Shown here one piece after another: positions 1 to 9,010 of a stretch of DNA of 64,000 bases (position 1 is its first letter; the number at the start of each line of letters is the position of its first letter). The stretch is from Spirosoma sp. (GTDB lineage Bacteria > Bacteroidota > Bacteroidia > Cytophagales > Spirosomataceae), in NCBI GenBank assembly GCA_964263725.1, contig CAXVWN010000104.1:766-64765 (forward strand), read 5' to 3'. The position numbers and the translations under genes are program-made. Under the pieces are notes generated by a model, which was not told where the DNA came from, ran no database searches, and was given only the letters and a program-made list of their open reading frames with translations.

Positions 1-966
1 CGGTTGAATTTCGAGGAAAGCACCGTAATCAGCAACGTTAACAATTTTACCTTTCACTTTCGAACCAACCTGAATCTCTTCAGCCAGAGCATCCCAAGGG
101 TGAGCCTGGAGTTGCTTCATACCTAGTGAAATACGCTTCTTGTCTTCATCGAAATCAAGTACAACTACATTGACCTTCTGATCAAGGTGTAGTACTTCTG
201 ACGGATGACTGATACGACCCCATGAGATATCCGTGATGTGCAACAGACCATCTACACCACCAAGGTCGATGAATACACCGAAGTTGGTCATGTTTTTAAT
301 CACGCCTTCCAATACCTGACCTTTTTCGAGGTTGTTCAGGATTTGAGCACGTTGTGCTTCGAGATCTTTCTCGATCAGGACCTTATGCGAAACAACGACG
401 TTGTCATTGGCATAATTGATCTTGACAACTTTAACTTCCATTTTCTTACCAACGAACACATCGAAGTCGCGAATTGGCTTCACGTCGATTTGCGATCCTG
501 GTAAGAACGCTTCAATGCTGAAAATATCTACAATCAATCCACCCTTTGTCCGGCGTTTAACGAAACCATCAATAACGAGGTCTTCGTCGAGAGCACGCTG
601 AATTTTCTGCCAGGCAGTAATTACTTTCGCCTTCTTGCGCGATAATACTAACTGACCGTTAGGGTCTTCCTGATTTTCTACGTAAACTTCAATTTCATCA
701 CCCATCTTCAGGTCCGGCATATCCCGGAATTCAGAAGCTGGTACTAAGCCATCAGACTTGAAGCCGATGTTGAGTAGTACTTCCCGATCCGTTATCCCAA
801 CGACGGTTCCCATTACTACTTCTTTCTCTTTAACCTCCGACAATGTATTGTCGTACAATTCCAACATCCGGTCATGTTCTTCAACCGAATAACCACTTCC
901 AAATCCTTTGTTGTCTGCCCGGTCCCAATCAAATGCCGGCAGTTCGCGTTGCTGCGTTTTGCTCAT
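1..966 (-). CDS. rpsA: 30S ribosomal protein bS1, 5' part; runs off the window start
   Basis: Not in the ORF track. Manual translation from ATG at 964-966 gives MSKTQQRELPAFDWD...IGFKSDGLVP...AFLPGSQIDVKPI...FGVFIDLGGVDGLLHITDISWGRISHP, i.e. tandem S1 domains; open to position 1. Confidence 0.97.
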   Translation of the reverse strand, partial: MSKTQQRELPAFDWDRADNKGFGSGYSVEEHDRMLELYDNTLSEVKEKEVVMGTVVGITDREVLLNIGFKSDGLVPASEFRDMPDLKMGDEIEVYVENQEDPNGQLVLSRKKAKVITAWQKIQRALDEDLVIDGFVKRRTKGGLIVDIFSIEAFLPGSQIDVKPIRDFDVFVGKKMEVKVVKINYANDNVVVSHKVLIEKDLEAQRAQILNNLEKGQVLEGVIKNMTNFGVFIDLGGVDGLLHITDISWGRISHPSEVLHLDQKVNVVVLDFDEDKKRISLGMKQLQAHPWDALAEEIQVGSKVKGKIVNVADYGAFLEIQP

Positions 967-1054
967 AAAAAAAGTTTCCTGACCCGCTCAGTACATCAGC
1001 TCGTGGGTCAATGGTGAGCTGACTTTTAATTGTGAAATTTTTCCCTTTGGAAAA
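967..1054 (-). promoter_or_regulatory. Structured rpsA 5' leader: small 5' hairpin, H-type pseudoknot, U7 tract before AUG
   Basis: Interleaved complementary pairs 980-985/1005-1010 and 996-1002/1016-1022; hairpin 1039-1054; A7 on the plus strand at 967-973. Confidence 0.6.
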
Positions 1055-1060
1055 GGACTG

Positions 1061-1068
1061 CAAAGATA
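1061..1068 (-). promoter_or_regulatory. Bacteroidota housekeeping -7 promoter element for rpsA
   Basis: TATCTTTG on the minus strand matches TAnnTTTG, about 95 nt upstream of the ATG. Confidence 0.75.
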
Positions 1069-1145
1069 GTAATTGCTTTCTGGAAAATGTTTCTAAAAAA
1101 GAGAAAAGTCTTTGATGTTGAGGGAGAAAGGAAGTTAAACCAATT

Positions 1146-1215
1146 AAAAAGAGAAGGGAGGAAAGTAGAAAAGACCCGTGTGGTATCCCTTTCTACTTTC
1201 CTCCCTTCTCTTTTT
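1146..1215 (-). terminator. Long purine/pyrimidine inverted repeat, likely terminator of the HNH gene
   Basis: Perfect 26-bp arms aaaaagagaagggaggaaagtagaaa (1146-1171) and 1190-1215, just past the HNH stop. Confidence 0.65.
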
Positions 1216-1226
1216 GACTCTAAACG

Positions 1227-1742
1227 CTATTTGAATGCTTTTTCCTTCTTCGCTAAAAATGGCATCCAGCTTTGTTCGAGAGAACCCGAAAATTCGCGGA
1301 GAAATACTAAAAATGTGGGTTTGAAAGGTTTTTGCCGTAATTTAAGATTAGCTTCTTCGGGTGTGTAGTCACCTTTACGTGAGTTACACCGCTTACAAGC
1401 GGTGGCAAGGTTGTCCCAGCTGGTTTTTCCACCTCGTGATTTTGGCATAACGTGGTCGAGGGTTAAATCCTCGGTTGTGCCACAATACTGGCAATGGTGA
1501 CCATCGCGTTTGAAAATATTCTGTCGGGTGAGCATAACCCCTTTATAGGGTAGACTTATGTACCGATGCAAGCGAATAACGGATGGCATTGGAAATTCCG
1601 CCGAAACGGTCCGGAGCATGAACTGCTCCGATTCAGCAACAAGTTCAGCTTTATCTAAATAAACCAGCAAGAATGCTTTGGGAACGGAGCAGATGCTGAA
1701 GGCACTGTAATCTTGATTTAAGACTAATACTTTCCTACCCAT
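1227..1742 (-). CDS. HNH endonuclease (McrA/HNH_5-like)
   Basis: VLVLNQDY N-terminus; RQNIFKRDGHHCQYCG...LTLDHVMPKSRGG...WDNLATACKRCNSRKG. Start moved to ATG 1740-1742. Confidence 0.9.
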   Translation of the reverse strand: MGRKVLVLNQDYSAFSICSVPKAFLLVYLDKAELVAESEQFMLRTVSAEFPMPSVIRLHRYISLPYKGVMLTRQNIFKRDGHHCQYCGTTEDLTLDHVMPKSRGGKTSWDNLATACKRCNSRKGDYTPEEANLKLRQKPFKPTFLVFLREFSGSLEQSWMPFLAKKEKAFK

Positions 1743-1897
1743 ATCGCGTTTAGAGCCTCTGTACGGTAGCAAGTTACAGAGTTATCCACACATGGGCAAT
1801 ACTTATGAAAAATTTAACGAAACAGGAGTACTTCAGAAGAAAATTTTAGAAAATAGAGCGATAGCACGAAAACTGCCTTTGCGTTTACTTATAAAGG

Positions 1898-2359
1898 CTA
1901 ATATTGTTCCCTTTGCATGTCCCGCTCAACATCCCTCTCTTTAATACTATCGCGTTTATCATACAGTTTTTTACCTTTAGCTAAAGCAATTTCAACTTTG
2001 GCAAAGCCGCGCTCACTCGTAAATAGTCTTGTCGGGATAAGGGTCAATCCTTGATCTTTCAGCTTTTCGGCAATCCGTTTGATCTCGCGTTTTTTCAGCA
2101 AAAGTTTGCGGTCTCGGAGGGGTTCGTGGTTGTAATGAGTGCCTTCAGTATAGGTTGAAATGCTCATCTGGCGAATAAAAAGTTCTTCACCATGAATTAG
2201 GCAATAGGCATCCTGCAAATTCACTTTCCCCTGGCGAATGGATTTTATTTCAGTGCCAGTCAAAACAATACCAGCGATATAAGTCTCTAAAAACGAATAC
2301 TCGAACGAAGCCCGGCGATTGCGGATATCAACTTGTTTAATAATGGAAGCAGTGGCCAT
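1898..2359 (-). CDS. smpB: SsrA-binding protein SmpB
   Basis: NRRASFEY, AGIVLTGTEIKSIR, RKLLLKKREI, GKKLYDKR motifs. Confidence 0.97.
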   Translation of the reverse strand: MATASIIKQVDIRNRRASFEYSFLETYIAGIVLTGTEIKSIRQGKVNLQDAYCLIHGEELFIRQMSISTYTEGTHYNHEPLRDRKLLLKKREIKRIAEKLKDQGLTLIPTRLFTSERGFAKVEIALAKGKKLYDKRDSIKERDVERDMQREQY

Positions 2360-2605
2360 GTACTGATATATATGATGTCAGATGTAGGCGATATGACATA
2401 TGAGTCAAGCGCCAACAGGCTAAACATAAGCTAGTAGGATTGCAAATGTAGCCCGGTAAGACCAAGAACACCGGAAAATCCAGAGAGGTTTGCGGGACTT
2501 AAAGAAATTAATACCCTTGTGTATAAACAATTCTGGCTACTAAACGAGTGCATTTTTTCGTTTAATAGCCAGATTAATAGACACTTACGATTAAGCACGT
2601 ATCAC

Positions 2606-3211
2606 TTATTTCTTTGTTTGGCTCGCTTGGTTAGCCTTGTACTCTTTATTCAGGCCAGCCAAAATTTTGCTGGTTTCGTCGCCCGATTGATCAGCGAACA
2701 GAATACCACCACCCTTGGTATAACCCAGTACAAATTCATATTTATTCTGAGCGTTTTCTTTTTTGAGGTAATCAAAGATCTGATCGTAGAGCTGCTTATT
2801 TTTAGTCTGTTCTTCAAGCGCCAGACCTTGTGCTGCCCGTTCCCGGTAAGCCAAAATGTCTTGTTGTTCCTTTTGAAGTGCAGCTTCGGTAGCCCGACCC
2901 TGCTCCTGTGTCATGGTAGCAGCCCGCTGCTGAAAAAATGTTGCTTTGTTTTGTAGGTTTCGGCCTTTGGCAGCAAGGTCGTTTTCAAGCTGAAACCGTT
3001 TGCTTTCAAGGACTTTTTGAGTGTCTTTGAAATAATCATATTTGGTTAGTAGTGAATCAACGTTCACATAAACAATAGCTTTACCTTTTGCTTCAGTAGA
3101 CGTTTTTACGGTAGAAACGGCTTCAGGCTGGCGGTCTTTAAAGTGCAGGTAGTACAATACAGCTACGGCAATCGTCAGGATGACGTTTAGAATTAATGAG
3201 GCATTCTTCAC
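2606..3211 (-). CDS. OmpH/Skp family chaperone
   Basis: N-terminal TM segment, IVYVNVDSLL, coiled-coil body, GILFAD...DETSKILAGLN. Confidence 0.85.
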   Translation of the reverse strand: MKNASLILNVILTIAVAVLYYLHFKDRQPEAVSTVKTSTEAKGKAIVYVNVDSLLTKYDYFKDTQKVLESKRFQLENDLAAKGRNLQNKATFFQQRAATMTQEQGRATEAALQKEQQDILAYRERAAQGLALEEQTKNKQLYDQIFDYLKKENAQNKYEFVLGYTKGGGILFADQSGDETSKILAGLNKEYKANQASQTKK

Positions 3212-3267
3212 AGGAAATGAATCAGTTAGTTATCAGTTTATCTACAAAGGTAGGGGGATTTATTGAA

Positions 3268-3645
3268 TTACGAACGGGATTGCCCGGCGGTATGAGTTGC
3301 TGATTGATTTCCAGTAGCCTGCCTGACAAAGAACCCAGACAACCCGGCCAATCCACCAACTAAACCACTTACAAGAGTTACCACTACCAGTGGAAGTAAA
3401 GCACTATTCGTTTTAAACAGTAACTCACTCATTCGGCCAGTTAAAATTCCATCCGTTCGAGAATGGATAAGTAAAGCGTAGACCAGCCACACTGCCGCAA
3501 CCCCCAGAAAGCTATGCAAAAACGCTTCCCCTGCACTCTGACTACGCCAGAAACAAACAAGAAAGGCAACTATGGCGAGACTCCACCACGGCAGAACAAG
3601 TTGAGCCAATAAACTCAAGATGGCAATCAGAATGATTTGAATCAT
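3268..3645 (-). CDS. Hypothetical membrane protein
   Basis: Three to four hydrophobic segments (LPWWSLAIVAF; SGLVGGLAGLSG). Start placed at MIQII. Confidence 0.7.
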   Translation of the reverse strand: MIQIILIAILSLLAQLVLPWWSLAIVAFLVCFWRSQSAGEAFLHSFLGVAAVWLVYALLIHSRTDGILTGRMSELLFKTNSALLPLVVVTLVSGLVGGLAGLSGFFVRQATGNQSATHTAGQSRS

Positions 3646-3732
3646 GGCGTAACGCGGCTGAAAAGCCATTTTTAATAAGTTATCTATTAGTTTGAGAGTC
3701 GCGGCTTTCCATCGGAACACCGACTGTCCACG

Positions 3733-6159
3733 TTATTTGATAGTTAGTTTTCGCTTAACGCGTGAGTTCGTATCTTGAGCAGACTGCATATATAACAGTT
3801 CATTAAGCTGGCCGGTACGCCAGGTTTCGAGCATATTCAGATAATAAGGACTGCCAGGATTGCCAGACTGGCCACCCGGATAAACACCGTAAGCTTTAGG
3901 TGTAGGACCTAGGGCCACCACCATTCGCCAAGATGGGCCAGTTCGTTCGGTGGTTGCATTAACGATACCAGCACCCCCGCCAATTTGTACGTTTAGCGCG
4001 CTGAGCGCGTCTAATCGAGCCAAGTGGCTGATTCGGGTAGCTTTGTGATTGCCCCACTGCCATGTTTTACCGATGGGACCATGCTGCCGGGTTAGGGAAT
4101 CAACCGCCATTTGAAAACTTTGTAAAAGCACACTGCTCATCGTTTCATGAGCAGGAGTCGTTATATCATCGAACCAGTGGGCATTAGGCTCTTTTTCGGC
4201 AAGATGAAGCGTTCGGTCGAAACTTGGGTAGCGAAGTGTTGCGGTATCATTGCTAGGGAAATCATCTTTCCAGACGCCTTCCATATACTGCCGCATCCAC
4301 TCCGTAAAAATGGTCGGTCCTGTTTCGGTTATGTCGTGATTGTAGTGCCACTTTTTAAGAATATCTAACGCTTTCACCTGTTCAGCTGATAAGGTTTTTC
4401 CCTCCACATAAGGCAAAAATACAGGAAGCGCGATAGCGGCCCGTAAACTCACATTATCATTTTGCAAAGAACGTAAACTGTCGGGTGTAGCCTTCGTCAT
4501 GGCCGTTAAACGCTGATTGATTCGAGTCCCGCGTTCGGAAGGGGCAAATTGCCAGTTGATATAATATGGATAAGTCAGATCGGTAGACGATTGGTTTGCT
4601 GAACTAACAAAGCCTCTGGGTGGATTCTTGACGTGTGGATTCTGAGCTGCCGGAATCCAACCTTGCCAGTCATGGGCGGGATTAGTACCATCCAGCAAAA
4701 ACTTGCCCTGATCTTTCCATTTAAGTGGGAAACGACCATTTGGAGAGATAGCAATGTCTTTGGCGACATCGGCAAAAACAAAATTCTGGGCCGGGGCACC
4801 ATAATGACTCAGTGCTTTGCGGTAATCATCGTGATTTTTAGCGCGGTCGAGTAGGTAATAGGTCAAGAAATCATTGGAAGCTTCGTGCGCAATCCAACGG
4901 GCGGCATAACCAACGGGAACATTTTTTGCAAAGGGCTTCTGGCCTACCTCGTACATAATAGGGCCGTGATGCGTATAAAGCACAGTATCAACCACATCCG
5001 GCTTTCCTTTTACTTTAATCACCTCTAACCGACGGCTGATAGGTTTCCAGCGGTTATCGTGCCAGTATTCGCGTCGGGACGCATCTTTAAAGCGAATCTG
5101 ATAGAAATCCAGCACGTCGGCTCCCACGTTGGTAACGCCCCAGGCCACTTGCTTATTAAACCCAATGATTACCCCCGGTGAGCCGGGCATTGTGGCTCCA
5201 TAAACATTCATTGTTGGCGTTACAAGCTGCATTTGATACCAGATGGACGGTAAACTAAGCGACAGGTGGGGATCATTGGCCAAAATGGGATAGCCCGTTG
5301 CCGATTTCTGCGGGCCAACCGCCCAGTTGTTACTACCGATTGCAGGATCATGCTCAGCCCAATGCATGGCTAATGGTTTTGTATCTGGCAAAATACTAGT
5401 GGGAACGGCAGGTATTTTGACAGGCGCAAAATCCCACTTGGTTCCAACCGGAATAATAGGATCTTCTCGAAATGGATAATCAGGAAAGAGGTCTGTTGTA
5501 ACAGCGGGGCCAAACTTTTTCAAAACATTGCTCATGTTCAGATCGTCGGCACCGAGGGCTAGCACACCTGACATATATTTCAGAAAGTAAGCACATTTAA
5601 TTGGCTGCCAGGGTTCGGGGGCATACCCTAACAATTTGTATTCGAGCGGGTAATGCGCCGGTGTTAGCTGATTGATGTAGGCATTTACCCCGGCGGTATA
5701 TGCTTCAACTGACTCGCGGGACCGTGGATCAGCCATCATTTCTTTCACCGCTTTCTCGGCACCGAAGCCCATACCCAAATGGCGATTATAACGGTCCAAT
5801 TCCAGAGCCTTGTCTCCCACTAACTCAGAAACGCGCCCGGCGGCTGCATGTGTCTGAAACTCCATTTGCCAGAGCCGGTCGCGAGCGGTGAGATAACCCT
5901 GCGCAAAATAGGCGTCATGATCGTTCTGAGCAAAGACGTGTGGAATCGCCAGGTCATCAAAGACGACGCTAACTGGGGCTTTTGTCCCATTAAGCGTAAT
6001 CTCTTCGTCAGTATTATTAATCGACTCAGCATTTTGCCAGAAACCCACAAACGGACTTAGCAACGGGCCAAACGCCGGAATGCTGCCCCACGACCGATTC
6101 AATGCCCAAACGAGTGTAATTGTAAGCAAAGAAACTAAAATAGCCTTCGTATAGCGCAT
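3733..6159 (-). CDS. Penicillin acylase family Ntn-hydrolase
   Basis: AIPHVFA, AQGYLTARDRLWQM, catalytic GSNNWAV, ILANDPHL, YPGGQSGNPGSPYY. Confidence 0.93.
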   Translation of the reverse strand: MRYTKAILVSLLTITLVWALNRSWGSIPAFGPLLSPFVGFWQNAESINNTDEEITLNGTKAPVSVVFDDLAIPHVFAQNDHDAYFAQGYLTARDRLWQMEFQTHAAAGRVSELVGDKALELDRYNRHLGMGFGAEKAVKEMMADPRSRESVEAYTAGVNAYINQLTPAHYPLEYKLLGYAPEPWQPIKCAYFLKYMSGVLALGADDLNMSNVLKKFGPAVTTDLFPDYPFREDPIIPVGTKWDFAPVKIPAVPTSILPDTKPLAMHWAEHDPAIGSNNWAVGPQKSATGYPILANDPHLSLSLPSIWYQMQLVTPTMNVYGATMPGSPGVIIGFNKQVAWGVTNVGADVLDFYQIRFKDASRREYWHDNRWKPISRRLEVIKVKGKPDVVDTVLYTHHGPIMYEVGQKPFAKNVPVGYAARWIAHEASNDFLTYYLLDRAKNHDDYRKALSHYGAPAQNFVFADVAKDIAISPNGRFPLKWKDQGKFLLDGTNPAHDWQGWIPAAQNPHVKNPPRGFVSSANQSSTDLTYPYYINWQFAPSERGTRINQRLTAMTKATPDSLRSLQNDNVSLRAAIALPVFLPYVEGKTLSAEQVKALDILKKWHYNHDITETGPTIFTEWMRQYMEGVWKDDFPSNDTATLRYPSFDRTLHLAEKEPNAHWFDDITTPAHETMSSVLLQSFQMAVDSLTRQHGPIGKTWQWGNHKATRISHLARLDALSALNVQIGGGAGIVNATTERTGPSWRMVVALGPTPKAYGVYPGGQSGNPGSPYYLNMLETWRTGQLNELLYMQSAQDTNSRVKRKLTIK

Positions 6160-6464
6160 AGTAAGTAGAAGCAGCAGAGAATATTACAGGTGCAAGTTTG
6201 CTATTGTACGCTGCAAATAAAAATCCTTCCTTTATGGACCGCCCAATTCTTTTCTTCATTTGTTAATAAAGACCGTTTAGTCAATTTTCATACCTGTATT
6301 TTGGTAGTTTTTATGTCTGGAATAGTTTTACGTATACAGCTTATTACGCTAAATCTGGAATAATTTAGCTCTAAGTAGCATAAATGATCGAACCAGAGTA
6401 GACCAGGAAACAAAGGCAAACTGAAAAAGTAATTGTATTTTTGAGCGTACCTTCTATCTGCTCT

Positions 6465-7388
6465 ATGCGTGCTATTGTGTTCTTGTGTTTCATGACTCAT
6501 GTTGCTGTCGTTCAGTCAGATTCGCCTATGTTCGACTTGCAGGGGCATCGGGGATGCCGGGGTCTAATGCCCGAAAATACAATTCCGGCCTTTTTAAAAG
6601 CCCTTGATCTTGGCGTTACAACACTCGAAATGGATGTCGTGATCAGTAAAGATCAACAGGTCGTTGTTTCCCATGAACCCTATTTTAACTCAGCCTTCAG
6701 CATTTCTCCGGATGGAGCACCAGTTGACAAAAAAGAACAAAAAAATCTGGTTCTTTATCAACTGAATTATGCCGATATTAAACGGTACGACGTTGGTTCA
6801 AACGGCAATCCGGCCTATCCCGAACAGCGAAAACTCAAGGTCTACAAGCCTCTTTTGAGCGAAGTAATTGAACAAGCTGAAGCATATCGAAAAGCTAAAA
6901 ATTTACCCTTATTCTCGTATAATATTGAAATTAAAAGTGAGCCTTCTGAATATAATAAAAGCCAACCGGAGCCAGCTGCCTTTTGCGAACTCGTACAGGC
7001 AATATTAAAAAAACAGTTTGCGGCAGAACGTGTTAATCCAGACCGAATAGTTATTCAAAGCTTCGACTTTGCCATATTGAAACAATGGAAGAAGGGAGTT
7101 GATGGAACTGGCGCAGGTTTAGAAACAAAGTACCCGAAAGTTCGATTATCAGCTTTGGTCGAAAATTTGCGCAGTCTCGAAAAAAATCTGGAAGAACTAG
7201 GCTTTAAGCCCGATGTTTACAGCCCTCACTTCCGATTGCTGAGCAAGGATAAAATTATCCGGCTGCACGAGCAAGGTATTAAAGTTATTCCGTGGACAGT
7301 CAATCAGCGTGATGATATGAATCGCCTGAAAGAATGGGGCGTTGACGGATTAATTTCGGATTATCCTGACCGGGCAAGCAGCTTATAA
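6465..7388 (+). CDS. Glycerophosphodiester phosphodiesterase
   Basis: QGHRGCRGLMPENT, LEMDV, NIEIK, QSFD, PWTVN, GVDGLISDYPD. Confidence 0.93.
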   Translation: MRAIVFLCFMTHVAVVQSDSPMFDLQGHRGCRGLMPENTIPAFLKALDLGVTTLEMDVVISKDQQVVVSHEPYFNSAFSISPDGAPVDKKEQKNLVLYQLNYADIKRYDVGSNGNPAYPEQRKLKVYKPLLSEVIEQAEAYRKAKNLPLFSYNIEIKSEPSEYNKSQPEPAAFCELVQAILKKQFAAERVNPDRIVIQSFDFAILKQWKKGVDGTGAGLETKYPKVRLSALVENLRSLEKNLEELGFKPDVYSPHFRLLSKDKIIRLHEQGIKVIPWTVNQRDDMNRLKEWGVDGLISDYPDRASSL

Positions 7389-7459
7389 ATCGAATCGTTT
7401 GGATTTACGTTTTCATCACTAACCTCATCAGTCTGGTTAGTTTATGTTACTTTAGCCCC

Positions 7460-8983
7460 ATGACTTTGCTAAATACTACGCTCAAATGGCTTCTGCAACG
7501 GCGAATACCGCGCATCGAAGCAATGATGCAACAGCCAGGTCCAGTACAGCACAAGGTATTTACACAACTTATTCAGGCGGGTTGCCGAACGGAGTGGGGC
7601 GAGAAACACGCTTATAAATCCATTCGGAGCATCCACGATTTTCAGCAGCAAGTGCCTGTTTCGAGCTACGAAGACCTCTTCCCATACATCGAACGGGTTA
7701 TGAAAGGCGAAAGCAAAGTACTCTGGCCGTCGCCGGTGCGCTGGTTTTCCAAATCGTCGGGAACAACGAATGCTCGCAGCAAGTTTATCCCCGTCACCAC
7801 GGAGTCGCTGGACGAGAGTCATTTTAAAGGCGGCAAAGACATGATGGCTCTATACATTGCCAACAACCCCGATAGCCGGGCATTTGAGGGCAAGGGACTT
7901 TCTATTGGCGGCAGTCTTCACCAAAACCCGTATGGCACCAACAGCGCGGCTGGCGATGTATCGGCCGTGGTTATGAAAAATCTGCCCAGTTGGGCACAGT
8001 ATATTCGTACGCCATCCATTCAGGTGGCGCTTATGGATGAATGGGAAGCGAAACTGGAGCGAATGGCCGAGATTACATCCCAGGAAAACGTGACCAGTAT
8101 GCTCGGTACGCCAACGTGGGGTATGGTTCTCATTGACAAAATTCTGGCCCTTACCGGTAAATCAAACATTTTGGAAGTTTGGCCAAACTTTGAAGTGATG
8201 ATGCACGGAGCTGTCAATTTTCAGCCGTATCGGGAGTTATTTCAGCAACAGGTTTTTCCGTCAAAAATGGTTCGATATCAAGAGGTTTATAATGCTTCGG
8301 AAGGCTTTTTTGCCATTCAGGATGATTTGACCCGCATTGGCGAAATGCTCCTGATGCTCGATTATGGCATTTTTTATGAATTCGTGCCCATGCATGAAGC
8401 CGATCAGCCTTTCCCCAAAGCGTTCACTATTGACGAAGTAGAATTAGATAAAAATTACGCCCTTATTGTATCAACGAATGGTGGCTTATGGCGCTATAAA
8501 GTTGGCGATACGGTTCGGTTCACGTCGCTGTATCCACACCGGCTGAAAGTGAGCGGCCGTACGAAGCATTTCATCAACGCTTTTGGGGAAGAAGTAATTG
8601 TTGAAAATGCTGAAACAGCTATTACGCAAGCCTGTGAAGCCACCGGAGCCGTTATTGCTGATTACACGGCTGGTCCCAACTATATGAGTAATGGGAGTAA
8701 TGGATGCCATGAATGGGTCATTGAGTTTACCCAGGAGCCTACTAATCAGCAACGATTCAATCAAATTCTGGATGATACCCTCCGTCAAGCCAACTCCGAT
8801 TACGACGCCAAACGGTACAACGACATCGTACTCAAGCGTCCTCGTATTCATGTTGTGCCGCCGGGTACGTTTTATGCTTGGATGAAACAACGCGGTAAGG
8901 TGGGCGGTCAGCACAAAGTGCCCCGTCTAGCCAATTCGCGGGAATATCTGGATGATATTCTGGGAAAGGTTTTTGAACTGTAA
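7460..8983 (+). CDS. GH3 auxin-responsive family protein (acyl-acid amido synthetase-like)
   Basis: SKSSGTT, YNASEGFF, GLWRYKVGD, QHKVPRL. Confidence 0.9.
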   Translation: MTLLNTTLKWLLQRRIPRIEAMMQQPGPVQHKVFTQLIQAGCRTEWGEKHAYKSIRSIHDFQQQVPVSSYEDLFPYIERVMKGESKVLWPSPVRWFSKSSGTTNARSKFIPVTTESLDESHFKGGKDMMALYIANNPDSRAFEGKGLSIGGSLHQNPYGTNSAAGDVSAVVMKNLPSWAQYIRTPSIQVALMDEWEAKLERMAEITSQENVTSMLGTPTWGMVLIDKILALTGKSNILEVWPNFEVMMHGAVNFQPYRELFQQQVFPSKMVRYQEVYNASEGFFAIQDDLTRIGEMLLMLDYGIFYEFVPMHEADQPFPKAFTIDEVELDKNYALIVSTNGGLWRYKVGDTVRFTSLYPHRLKVSGRTKHFINAFGEEVIVENAETAITQACEATGAVIADYTAGPNYMSNGSNGCHEWVIEFTQEPTNQQRFNQILDDTLRQANSDYDAKRYNDIVLKRPRIHVVPPGTFYAWMKQRGKVGGQHKVPRLANSREYLDDILGKVFEL

Positions 8984-9010
8984 CAACACAAATGTTTTGC
9001 TTTGTCTCAA

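Noticed and set aside
238-601. Plus-strand ORFs 238-504 and 416-601
   Set aside because: Antisense shadows of rpsA. The same applies to most short ORFs in the track that lie inside or opposite recognised genes.
1087-1368. 93-aa plus-strand ORF
   Set aside because: Runs through the inverted repeat and antisense to the HNH gene; no family motifs.
1782-1790. DnaA box as evidence for oriC
   Set aside because: Single box with no cluster, no recognisable unwinding element and no origin-associated genes.
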